Source of the DNA: an uncultured Gammaproteobacteria bacterium
GTDB taxonomy: Bacteria; Pseudomonadota; Gammaproteobacteria; Steroidobacterales; Rariloculaceae
Direction of reading: 5' to 3'
DNA length: 64,000 bases
Assembly (NCBI GenBank): GCA_963810755.1
Contig: CAWEOP010000001.1
Span: forward strand, 89,807-153,806
Shown here: positions 46,790 through 55,902 of the stretch, piece by piece
Position numbering within the stretch: position 1 is the first letter of the stretch
Layout of the letters: every line of letters begins with the position of its first letter
The notes under the pieces: model-generated
What the model was told of the DNA's origin: nothing
Databases searched by the model: none
Seen by the model: only the letters and a program-made list of their open reading frames with translations
Made by a program: the position numbers and the translations under genes

Positions 46790-47356
46790 TTAGAGTCTGA
46801 ACAGCACGGTGAATGTGAGGTCCCGCGCGTCGACACTGCTGTCCGTGTCGAACGCCTGGTATTCGGCGCGAATGGTGACGCTCTTCTGGTCGGCCTGAAT
46901 GCCGCCTACGAGTGTCACTCCGCTGTCGGCGCGCTCGGTGTCGACGAATTGGTCGAGACCATCGAAATCGGCCGAGAGCTTGCGCTCGGAGTTGTAGAAT
47001 CCAACTCCACCCAACACGCTGATCCTTTTGAGGGGCAGCATGCCAAGCGCTCTTGCGGTGACGACGTCGTAGTGAGCGTGAACGGCGAAAGGATCCGCGC
47101 CCGGTAGATTGAAGTTCTCCTTCAAGCCAGAGGTCTCGCCCACGGCCCCCTCGAACGCGAAGTTCTGGCTGAAGCGATAACCGCCGATGAGTCGGTACGT
47201 GCCGCCTTCGTCCGATAGCACTAGGCCAGTGTTCGGCTCGATCTCTTCATAGTCGATCGCGCCGAAGGAAAAACCCAGATACGCCGGGAGGATTTCCTGC
47301 GCGCTCGCCGTACTCGTACCCGCTATGAGCAGTGCAAGACATGCCAGCCATCTCAT
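46790..47356 (-). CDS. small outer-membrane beta-barrel protein
   Basis: ATG at 47356 and signal peptide CLALLIAGTSTASA. Alternating hydrophobic pattern and aromatic-rich strands. 188 aa. Confidence 0.6.
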   Translation of the reverse strand: MRWLACLALLIAGTSTASAQEILPAYLGFSFGAIDYEEIEPNTGLVLSDEGGTYRLIGGYRFSQNFAFEGAVGETSGLKENFNLPGADPFAVHAHYDVVTARALGMLPLKRISVLGGVGFYNSERKLSADFDGLDQFVDTERADSGVTLVGGIQADQKSVTIRAEYQAFDTDSSVDARDLTFTVLFRL

Positions 47357-47521
47357 ACGATGCTCCACTTCGAACGCGGAGCGACCATAGCCTGAAGGCG
47401 CGGATCGAGGCGTGATGATCCCCACAACGAGGCTATTTCGGTGTGGCGTTAGCGCGCCGAATGACGGGGGGCTCGCTCGCGCGATTCTGCGGCAAACGCG
47501 TTGAACTGAGCTCGCGAAAAA

Positions 47522-47598
47522 TGGTGGTGATGGGTGGAGTTGAACCACCGACCTGCGGGTTATGAATCCGCCGCTCTAACCAACTGAGCTACATCACC
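47522..47598 (-). tRNA. tRNA with anticodon CAT (Met; a lysidine-modified Ile2 cannot be excluded)
   Basis: I folded it by hand. Acceptor GGTGATG/CATCACC, D arm GCTC..GAGC, anticodon loop TTCATAA, T arm GGTGG-TTCAACT-CCACC, encoded CCA. One A-C mismatch closes the anticodon stem. Confidence 0.85.
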
Positions 47599-48073
47599 AG
47601 GTGAAAACCGATTAGAAATAGGAAGGTGACGCCTGTTTCCGTCCGCCTCATTTAGGGCGCTTCCGATAAAACGACATCCTTCCAATAAACCGCCGCTCCA
47701 ATTCAATCGGAGCGGACGCGTATTCTAGCTTCTACCGGAGGGGTTTGGCGCGCTCCGCCTAATGGCGGTGGACACGCTCGGTGATGTTCGGGTCGGCACT
47801 ATTCGCTCCGCGAGCCGTGCCGCTACTCGCGTCACGGGTCATGCGGTAACGATCCCTCGTGCGTATATAGAATGAGCCGAGCAACGAATGCCGGTCTTGC
47901 CGCGGAGCCGGTGCTCCGACGCAAGCAAGCCGAATGTCTTTGGCGTGTGGATCGGCACGAACGGGTCCGACGCCGATCCACGCTATCGGAATACACCGTG
48001 GCCACTTGACCTACGCAAGATAGAATCTTCGAAACGCGCGAGCCGCGCGCTGCCATCTTCGAGGAGACTCACA

Positions 48074-48540
48074 ATGGCCATCAGCCTGAAGGTCAACGGG
48101 GCGACCCGCTCGGTCGATGCCGCGCCGGACACGCCGCTGCTCTACGTGCTGCGCAACGATCTCGAGCTCAATGGCGCCAAATACGGCTGCGCCATGACCC
48201 AATGCGGCGCCTGCACGGTGCTGGTCAACGGCGCGGCGACACGGTCCTGCGTGACGCCGGTCGGCTCGATCGAGGGAAACGAGGTGACCACGCTCGAAGG
48301 GCTCGGCACGCTCGACAAGCCGCACCCGCTGCAGAAGGCCTTCATCGATGAACAGGCGGCTCAGTGCGGCTATTGCGCGAGCGGCATGATCATGACGGCG
48401 GCCGACCTGCTCAACCGCAATCCGCAACCGCAGGAGGCGGACGTGCGGGCAGCGCTCGCCGACAATCTCTGCCGCTGCGGCACCCACAACCGGATCATCC
48501 GCGCGGTGCTACGCGCAGCAAAGGGGGCGGCAACGCCTGA
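48074..48540 (+). pseudogene. (2Fe-2S)-binding small subunit of a molybdopterin oxidoreductase (IorA-like), 3' end frame-disturbed
   Basis: GAGGAG upstream of the ATG at 48074. GCAMTQCGACTV, CGYCASGM and LCRCGTH motifs. The in-frame ORF runs on to 48853. A stop at 48538-48540 is reached only if one base is removed near the AAGGGGG run (48521-48527). Confidence 0.7.
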
Positions 48541-50746
48541 ATACCAAACGCCGCGACTTTCTCAAGTCCGCCGGCGGCATCGCCGTCGCCTTCAGCTGGA
48601 GCGTGCCGACAGTGCTCGCCCAGCAGGCGGCGCGTCCCGCTCTTCCCGGCAGCCTCGGCACCAACCGCATGCTGGACGGCTGGATCCGCATCAACCCGGC
48701 CGGCACGGTCACGGTGTTCACCGGCAAATGCGAGCTGGGCCAGGGCATCCTGACCGCGCTTGCGCAGATAGCGGCCGAGGAGCTGGACGTCGCGTACGAG
48801 CGCGTCGAGATGGTCTCGGCCGATACGGCGCGCACGCCCAACGAGGGGCATGACCGCCGGCAGCCTGTCGGTCGAGAACAGCGGCACGGCGCTGCGCTTC
48901 GCCTGCGCCGAGGCGCGCCAGATCCTGTTGCGAGCTGGCCGCCGCGAAGCTCGGCGTCGCCGTCGCCAACCTGTCCGTGTCGGACGGAACGGTGACCGGC
49001 TCCGGGAAGGTCACCTACTGGGAGCTCGCGCGCGAAGCGAACCTGAAGCGCGAGGCCTCGGCCCAGGCGAAGCCGAAACCGCCCGCGCAGCACAGGATAG
49101 TCGGCCGCAGCATCCCGCGCCGCGACATCCCGGCCAAGGTGACGGGCGGCGCCGCCTTCGTGCAGGACGTGCGGCTTCCCGGCATGGTGCATGGCCGCGT
49201 GGTGCGGCCGCCACGCTATGGCGCGCAGGCTCGAGTAGCTTCGACGAGGCCAGAGGTCAAGGCCATGCCGGGAGTCATCGCGGTGGTGCGTGACGGCAGC
49301 TTTCTCGGCGTGGTGGCACGAGCGCGAGGAGCAGGCGATCAATGCGCGGCTTGTGCTGATCGCGCTCGCCAAGTGGTCGGGCGGCTCCGAGCTGCCCGAT
49401 CCGGCGAAGCTGTACGAGCAGCTCATGTCCCTGCGCAGCGAGGACAGGGTGATCGGCGAGAAGGACGCGCCCGTGCCGGCCGGCGCGACGGTGATCGAGG
49501 CGACGTACCATCGGCCCTATCAGGCGCATGCCGCGATCGCGCCCTCCTGCGCGCGTGGCCGAGTTCAAGGACGGCAAGCTCACGGTCTGGACCCACAGCC
49601 AGGGCGTCTTCCCGCTGCGCGGCCACCCTCGCCAGGGCGCTCGGTCTGCAGCCGAGCGACGTCCGCTGCATCCACGCCGAAGGCGCCGGCTGCTACGGTC
49701 ACAACGGCGCCGACGACGTCGCCTTCGACGCCGCCATGCTGGCGCGCGCGGTCAATGGGCGGCCGGTACGGCTGCAATGGATGCGTGACGACGAGTTCAA
49801 GTGGGAGCCCTACGGCCCTGCCATGACCATGAAGGTCAAGGGCGCCGTCGCCGGCGGCCGCGTCGTCGACTGGGCCTTCGACGTCTGGAGCCAGAGCCAC
49901 AACATGCGGCCGGGCGATCCCGACGGTATCAACCTGCTCGGGAGCTGGTACCTCGCCGATGCGAAGCGGCCCGGGCCGGCGCGCCATGCCGCACAGCCGA
50001 ACGGCGCGGGCGACCGCAACGCGATCACGCTCTACGATTTCCCGCGCCAGCGCACCACGCACCACCTGATCATGGACAATCCGGTGCGCACCTCGGCGCT
50101 GCGCACGCTCGGCGCCTATGCCAACGTATTCGCGATCGAGTCCTTCATGGACGAGCTCGCGGCCGCCGCCGGCATCGACCCCGTGGCGTTCCGCCTCGCG
50201 CACATCAAGGACGAGCGCGAGCGCGCCGTGATCGAGGCCGTGGCCAGGGCCGCCGCCTGGAAACCGGGCGAGAAGGGCGACGGCCGGCGCGGCCGCGGTA
50301 TCGGCTATGCGCGCTACAAGACCGTGGCCACCTACGTTGCGGTGATAGCCGAGGTTGAAGTGAATCGCACCACCGGCGTCGTCAAGGTGCCGCGCATCTG
50401 GACCGCGGCCGATGCCGGGCAGATCATCAATCCCGACGGCCTGACCAACCAGATCGAAGGCGGCGTCATCCAGTCGACGAGCTGGACCCTGCACGAGCAC
50501 GTGCGATTCGACCGCAACGGGATTCTGTCGCAGGACTGGATGAACTATCCGATCCTGACCATGCCGGACGTGCCCAGGGTCGAGACCGTGCTCATCGACC
50601 GGCCGAACGAACGTGCGCTCGGTGCCGGCGAAGCCGCGCAAGGGCCGACGGCGGCCGCCATCGCCAATGCGTTCGCAGCGGCGACCGGCAGGCGCATCCG
50701 CGAGCTGCCGTTGACGCCCGAGCGGGTGAAGGCGGCCCTGGCGTAG
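48537..50746 (+). pseudogene. molybdopterin-binding large subunit (IorB/aldehyde oxidase-like), about 7 frame changes in the first half
   Basis: Tat-like ..KRRDFLKSAGGIAVAFSW has no usable ATG. Homology-like text hops between frames near 48850, 48940, 49215, 49245, 49310, 49555 and 49620, then is continuous to the stop at 50746. Confidence 0.7.
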
Positions 50747-50852
50747 CGATTGATCGGAGGCTGGCACTGGGCAGACTAAATACGGCCGCATATAGTGCGT
50801 GGGGATGTGATTCCGTCGTTTATTAGCAATGTCACTGCGAAGGGGGTACCCA

Positions 50853-52130
50853 ATGGATTCGAAACGAAACAGCCGTAGAGAGCTCCTCAAGTTCGGCGCC
50901 GCGTTAGCGGGTGGAGTCACGGTGGCCCTACGGGGTACGGCCCAAGCCCAAGAGCACAACCATCCGGCGACCCCAGGTAGCGAGAACGCCTCGCCGATGA
51001 TTCACGGCAGCAAGGAGCAGATCGAATACGGCCAGCGTTCCAAATACGTGACCTCCGTGCGCATGGCGCACCCCATGGGCGGCAGGCCGTCACCCGACGT
51101 GTTCGGCAAGGTGTTCCACGTGGCCACGCCGTTGCAGGATTCCGTTGGCGTGATCACGCCATCGTCGTTGCACTATGTCGCGACGACCCGCGGCTCCTAC
51201 CTGCCGGACATCGACCCGCAGCAGCACACGCTGACGTTACACGGCCTGGTGGATCGGCCGCTGACGCTCACCGTGGACGATTTGAAGCGCTTCCCGTCGG
51301 TCACCCGGCTGCACTTCATCGAGTGTGCGGGCAACCGGCACAATGGGGAGCAAAAGACCGTGCAGGAGACGCACGGCATGACGAGCTGCTCCGAATGGAC
51401 CGGCGTGCTGCTGTCCACGCTGCTCAAGGAATGCGGCCTGAAAGGCAGCGCGAAATGGTTCGTCGCTGAAGGCGCCGAGGAAGTAAAGGGCGCCTCGAGC
51501 ATTCCCATCGCCAAAGGGATGGACGACTGCCTCATCGCCTACGGCCAGAACGGCGAGCCCTTGCGGCCACAGCAAGGGTTTCCAGTGCGCATCATGGTCC
51601 CCGGATTCGAGGGCATCTACCACACCAAGTTTCTGCGGCGCATCAAGGTCGTCGACCGGTTCTACATGAACTACAACGAGTTCGGGCATCTGCGTCCGGA
51701 GGACAAAGAGCTTGCGCTCGGCGAACAGATCGGGCCCAAGTCGGTCATCACGTACCCGTCGGGCTCACAGCAGCTGCCCGGCCCCGGATTCTATGAGATC
51801 AGCGGGCTCGCCTGGTCCGGCGGCGGCGCCGTCAAGACCGTGGAAGTCTCCACCGATGGCGGGAAGAAGTGGAACCGCGCCGAGTTCAAGAACACTCCGC
51901 AACGCATGGCGCACGTGCGATTCGCCTACGAGTGGAGATGGGATGGAACCGAGACCGAGATTCTGTCGCGCTGCACCGACGAGATCGGGCAGAGGCAGCC
52001 AATGCGGGAGGAGATCGCCAATTGGTGGAAAGTACCCTTCGACCGGAACTACCGGGTGCCCGGGCTGGATAACAGCGTCATGCCCTGGAAAATCGCGACG
52101 GACGGGAGCGTGACCAATGGGCTCGCGTAA
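50853..52130 (+). CDS. sorA: sulfite dehydrogenase molybdopterin subunit SorA (copy 2)
   Basis: Tat signal SRRELLKFGAALAGG. ITPSSLHYV, FIECAGN and VPGFEGIYHTKFLRRI. Visibly lower GC than copy 1. Confidence 0.85.
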   Translation: MDSKRNSRRELLKFGAALAGGVTVALRGTAQAQEHNHPATPGSENASPMIHGSKEQIEYGQRSKYVTSVRMAHPMGGRPSPDVFGKVFHVATPLQDSVGVITPSSLHYVATTRGSYLPDIDPQQHTLTLHGLVDRPLTLTVDDLKRFPSVTRLHFIECAGNRHNGEQKTVQETHGMTSCSEWTGVLLSTLLKECGLKGSAKWFVAEGAEEVKGASSIPIAKGMDDCLIAYGQNGEPLRPQQGFPVRIMVPGFEGIYHTKFLRRIKVVDRFYMNYNEFGHLRPEDKELALGEQIGPKSVITYPSGSQQLPGPGFYEISGLAWSGGGAVKTVEVSTDGGKKWNRAEFKNTPQRMAHVRFAYEWRWDGTETEILSRCTDEIGQRQPMREEIANWWKVPFDRNYRVPGLDNSVMPWKIATDGSVTNGLA

Positions 52131-52713
52131 GACACTCAAGACGAGCGCGCTCAAGGTCGTCACGCTTCCGCTACTGCTGGGGAGCCTCATGGGGAGCCCC
52201 GCGATCGCGCAGTCACCCACCTATGGCGTAGGACGCACGCCGACCGCGGAAGAGCTCCGCCGCATGGACATCTCGATTGGGCCTACAGGAGAGGAACTCC
52301 CGCCCGGTCGCGGCACCGCCAAGGAAGGGGCACAGGTCTACGTGCAGAAGGCGTGCGTCGGCTGCCATGGCGTAGCGGGCCTTGGGGGATTGGCGCCCCC
52401 GTTGCAGTCGAAACAGGGCGCGGATGTTCCCGTCTGGAAAAAGGAGCGCATCCTGCCACTGCGCTCGCCGTATGCGACGACGGTGTGGGATTTCATCAAT
52501 CGCGGCATGCCACTCGGGCTGGAGGGGATTCTGACTCCCGACGAGGTCTACTCGTTGACGGCCTACCTGCTCTTCCTCAATAACGTGATTCCGGAGGATC
52601 AGGTACTAGACAAGCAGAGTCTGGCGGAGATCCGGATGCCGATTGGCGACGAATTCGGCAAACCGCATGAGTTCAAGCTCAACGCGCCAAGGCTCAAGGG
52701 TTACCCCTACTAG
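52117..52713 (+). CDS. sorB: sulfite dehydrogenase cytochrome c subunit SorB (copy 2)
   Basis: Overlaps the sorA copy-2 end by 14 nt. Signal peptide and heme motif CVGCH. Confidence 0.8.
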   Translation: MGSRKTLKTSALKVVTLPLLLGSLMGSPAIAQSPTYGVGRTPTAEELRRMDISIGPTGEELPPGRGTAKEGAQVYVQKACVGCHGVAGLGGLAPPLQSKQGADVPVWKKERILPLRSPYATTVWDFINRGMPLGLEGILTPDEVYSLTAYLLFLNNVIPEDQVLDKQSLAEIRMPIGDEFGKPHEFKLNAPRLKGYPY

Positions 52714-52952
52714 CCGGTTGGGGGTTACGTTGGCTTCGGCTGGTTGATGCTCAATCTTTCGTTTGAGATCGCCGGGCGCGTGATGTGGCGGCATTGTTGT
52801 TCGATGCAATTAGCCCCGAGCGCCGTCAAAACTCTTCCAATATTTTTTCCGGGCAACGCCGGAAAACAGCGCATTGCGCGCAAATCGGCGGAAGTTTAGA
52901 CGCGACGTCCCCTTCGCTGCAAACAAGCCTGGAAGGCATGCGGTAGTGACTG

Positions 52953-53357
52953 GTGACTGAACAGGACGACCGAGCCGATTTATTTACGGATGCCTTCTGC
53001 GCGTTCTTGCAGTCGTGCGTGATATCCGTCGACGCAGCGGAAGTGCTGCTCGTGCTGTGGCGAAAACCGACGTCAAACTGGTCCGTTAACGAGCTGGCTA
53101 CGTATCTTATTCCGATGGGGAGTGTCTCCGAACAGGAGGTGGCGCGGTGTATCGAAGTATTTCGAGAGCGAGGGTTGATCTTACGCACGGATGACGCACG
53201 CGTCAGTTATAAGTCCACTCCCGATTTCGACGTGCACGTCGAAAACCTTGCGCGACTCTACGTCGAACGCCCGGTCACGTTGGTTCGTATGATCTATGCC
53301 CTCCGGGATACGAAGATCAAAACCTTGGCTGATGCTTTCCGGATCTGGAGGAAGTGA
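52953..53357 (+). CDS. hypothetical soluble protein (possible winged-helix)
   Basis: GTG start, 134 aa. The AEVLLVLWRKP..WSVNELA......S...V..CIEVFRERGLI pattern suggests a wHTH. Its stop overlaps the next start (GTGA at 53354-53357). Confidence 0.5.
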   Translation: MTEQDDRADLFTDAFCAFLQSCVISVDAAEVLLVLWRKPTSNWSVNELATYLIPMGSVSEQEVARCIEVFRERGLILRTDDARVSYKSTPDFDVHVENLARLYVERPVTLVRMIYALRDTKIKTLADAFRIWRK

Positions 53358-53632
53358 CGGCGATGGAAGCATTCCGGTTTGCTCTTTTCGGGTTAGCTGC
53401 GCTCACCAGCATCGGCTGCATGTGGCTCCTTTTCCGTGGGTACTTTCGCAGCTCCGTGCGCCTGCTCTTTTGGGTTGCCCTGTGTTTCGTCTTCCTCTCG
53501 ATCAATAACGTCGTTCTTTTCGTAGATACGATTGTGCTTCCGACCCAAGTCGATCTGCGCATCGTGCGCCTTACTGCCGCAATCGCGGGCATTGCGTGCC
53601 TGCTCTATGCCTTCATCTGGGAATCGGATTGA
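53354..53632 (+). CDS. small three-helix membrane protein (possibly DUF5985-like)
   Basis: 92 aa with three hydrophobic helices. An alternative ATG lies at 53363. The stop shares one base with the next ATG (TGATG at 53630-53634). Confidence 0.5.
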   Translation: MTAMEAFRFALFGLAALTSIGCMWLLFRGYFRSSVRLLFWVALCFVFLSINNVVLFVDTIVLPTQVDLRIVRLTAAIAGIACLLYAFIWESD

Positions 53633-53901
53633 TGGACGTTCTGGTTAACTATCTCGCCGGTGCGGTGACTCTGGGTTATCTGGTGGCAAGTATGTTTTTT
53701 CTGCGGTTCTGGCGCAGAACAGGTGATCGTTTGTTTTTAGCGTTCGCGTTCGCGTTCGCGTTACTAGCGCTCAATCAGATTTTCGCGACGTTCATCGGAG
53801 CAGGCGACGAGAATGTCGTGTACGCGTATGTCCTGCGGGTCCTCGGATTCATGCTTATTCTCGCCGCCATCGTCGACAAGAATCTGTCGACGCGCCGATA
53901 G
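53632..53901 (+). CDS. small three-helix membrane protein, distant paralog of the preceding gene
   Basis: 89 aa. Helix spacing and the charged motif after TM1 (FLRFWRRTGD versus LLFRGYFRSS) resemble the previous gene. Confidence 0.5.
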   Translation: MDVLVNYLAGAVTLGYLVASMFFLRFWRRTGDRLFLAFAFAFALLALNQIFATFIGAGDENVVYAYVLRVLGFMLILAAIVDKNLSTRR

Positions 53902-54101
53902 GGGGGCGTGGCATGACTGCCAGGACCAGTCGCAAGTCGACGAAAGAGGCGGCGAAGCGAGCGCGGAGACTTTGAAGGCCTATTCGGCGAAGCTCGAGTC
54001 GCGTCGGGGTGAATATCGTCTCCGCAGCTCAGAACGAGCGAGGTGGTTGGCGCGTCGGCGGCGCCGCCGTGACGTCGAAGTGATTAACCGGAGGAGCGTA
54101 C

Positions 54102-54494
54102 ATGAGCTACTACATTGCCACGACGGTCGACGGCGCGTTCGATGACGTCGTCTCTCGAGTCATCGAAAGCCTCAAGACTCAGAACTTCGGCGTGCTCACT
54201 GACATTGACGTACAGGCGACGCTGAAATCCAAGATCGGCGCCGCTATCCCGCGCTACCGCATTCTCGGGGCCTGCAATCCCTCGTTCGCGCACGAAGCCT
54301 TAAAGCGCGAGGACAAGTTGGGTGTGCTGCTGCCGTGCAATGTGATCGTTCTGGAGACGGCAGATGGACGCGTCGAAGTGGCGAGTGTCGATCCAGTCGT
54401 CGCCATGGAGCGCACGGGCAATCGCGAGCTCGAAAGCACGGCGCGCGAAGTGCGCAAGCGCCTCGCGACGGTGATCGAGAGCATCGCACCGTAA
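54102..54494 (+). CDS. DUF302 domain protein
   Basis: 130 aa. ILGACNPSFAHEAL and LLPCNVIVLE motifs. Confidence 0.8.
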   Translation: MSYYIATTVDGAFDDVVSRVIESLKTQNFGVLTDIDVQATLKSKIGAAIPRYRILGACNPSFAHEALKREDKLGVLLPCNVIVLETADGRVEVASVDPVVAMERTGNRELESTAREVRKRLATVIESIAP

Positions 54495-54698
54495 CTGCAT
54501 CGTATTCCGCCAACGAACGCCGCCGCCGAGGAGCTTGCCTCTCTTTGGGCGAGCAGCGAGTCGGGACTGCGACAGCTCCAAGTCTGGTCGCGAAGGCGAT
54601 CGCTATCGATATCCCGAGTTCCGCGCACTTCGAAAGTACGGCTATCGGTGACCCTTGCAGTTCGACGCCGGTAGGGCGCTTGCGATCACCTCTCAGCC

Positions 54699-55457
54699 TC
54701 AAACGACGCGCAACGTCTCGAAGGCGGTGAAGGCCGTGACGCAGAGCAGGAACGTACCGAAAACTCTGCGCAATCCGGTCGTCGGGACGCGGATGGCGAC
54801 CCACTGCCCGCCGGCACTTGCCGCGATTCCGACCACGACAAACACGCCGATCACCGACCAATCGACCGACATTGCGGATAGTGCAAGCAGGTGCAGATGC
54901 TTGGCGAAACCTACGGCAGAGCTGAATGCGATCACCACCAGGCTCGTGCCCATCGCCAGCCTCAAAGACAAGCCACTCAGTAGAACAAGGGCTGGGACCG
55001 CGAGAAATCCGCCACCGACGCCGACCATGCCGCTGAGCGTACCGATACCTATACCCGCAACTATCAGGCAACCGGGACGGCAGATGCGCGGCTGGAACTC
55101 GGTCTTGGTCAACATTTGATAGGAAGCAGGAATCAGCAGAGCCGCGAAGATCAAGAGTTGCACCGCCCCAGGGATCCACTGCGAGACCCAGGCGCCCAGA
55201 TAGGATCCTCCCATGGCCGACAACCCGAACCAGAGGACGATGCGCCAATCGACTTGCTTCATGACCGCACTCGAAACACCGCCCACAGCTGCGATCGCCC
55301 CGACTATCGCCAAGGACTCGGGGATCGCCACCTTCTCTGGATGACCCAATACAAAGACTAAGATCGGTACGGTGAGAATCGACCCGCCCGAGCCGAGCAA
55401 TCCCAGACTCGTACCGACGAGTAGCGCGCCGAGCGTCGGTGCGAGTAGGGCGATCAT
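54699..55457 (-). CDS. sulfite exporter TauE/SafE family membrane protein
   Basis: 252 aa with duplicated GxGGG motifs (LGSGGSILTVP and VGVGGGFLAVP) in a 7-8 TM protein. Confidence 0.85.
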   Translation of the reverse strand: MIALLAPTLGALLVGTSLGLLGSGGSILTVPILVFVLGHPEKVAIPESLAIVGAIAAVGGVSSAVMKQVDWRIVLWFGLSAMGGSYLGAWVSQWIPGAVQLLIFAALLIPASYQMLTKTEFQPRICRPGCLIVAGIGIGTLSGMVGVGGGFLAVPALVLLSGLSLRLAMGTSLVVIAFSSAVGFAKHLHLLALSAMSVDWSVIGVFVVVGIAASAGGQWVAIRVPTTGLRRVFGTFLLCVTAFTAFETLRVV

Positions 55458-55772
55458 CCGCGCGTCCTTCGCCGGTTGGCCCGGCGCGCCCTGTCGCTAC
55501 AGAAGATGTCGTGCAGGACCGACAGCACACGGCGCACGTCACCTTCCGGTATCGGAGTATCTGATCGTTTGCCCTTGACGCTCAGCGTCGACTAACCCGC
55601 CGTCGCGCAACACGCTCAGGTGTTGCGACAGTGCCGACTGACTCAGCTTCACCTTGCCGTTGAGCTCACCTACGGCAAGGGGCCTCTCGAGCAGGCTGCA
55701 CAGAATGCAGAGGCGTTGCTCATTCGCCAGCGCCTTGAGAAAGACCGTGGCTTCGCCAGCGTGCTCGAGCAT
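55454..55772 (-). pseudogene. ArsR-family persulfide-sensing repressor of the BigR/SqrR type, one frameshift
   Basis: FLKALANEQRLCILCSL...LSQSALSQHLSVLRDGGLV..RQGQTIRYS reads to a stop at 55539. In the +1 frame it continues PEGDVRRVLSVLHDIFCSD... to a TGA that overlaps the TauE ATG (ATGA). Confidence 0.7.
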
Positions 55773-55871
55773 TGTCCGCGGATTCGCGCGCGCCGAGCAG
55801 CACGGGAGGTCTTGCGGCTACGGGACGGCGGAGTGGTCGAGTAGTCTATAGTTTTCATGGCTCCATGATAC

Positions 55872-55902
55872 ATTAGGCTGTACTAAATTAGAAGAAACTA
55901 AT
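55872..55902. promoter_or_regulatory. two abutting inverted repeats, a candidate ArsR/BigR operator
   Basis: ATTAG-gctgta-CTAAA (55872-55887) and ATTAG-aagaaa-CTAAT (55887-55902) lie in a 37%-GC stretch of the divergent intergenic region. Confidence 0.4.

Noticed and set aside
48004-48030. TTGACC ... TAGAAT promoter-like hexamers upstream of iorA
   Set aside because: The spacer between the hexamers is only 9 nt, which is incompatible with a sigma70 -35/-10 arrangement.
47599-48073. Integrase or phage remnant next to the tRNA
   Set aside because: No ORF of meaningful length or integrase-like motif occurs in any frame. The only one is a 74-aa Arg/Ser-rich ORF at 47832..48056.
53741-53765. Short tandem repeat (TTCGCG/TTCGCG/TTCGCG-like)
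   Set aside because: It lies inside a membrane-protein ORF and simply encodes AFAFAFA in a TM helix. It is not a CRISPR array or a regulatory array.
53813-54145. 110-aa ORF between the membrane-protein operon and DUF302
   Set aside because: It overlaps the ends of two better-supported genes, has an Arg-rich tail and has no RBS.
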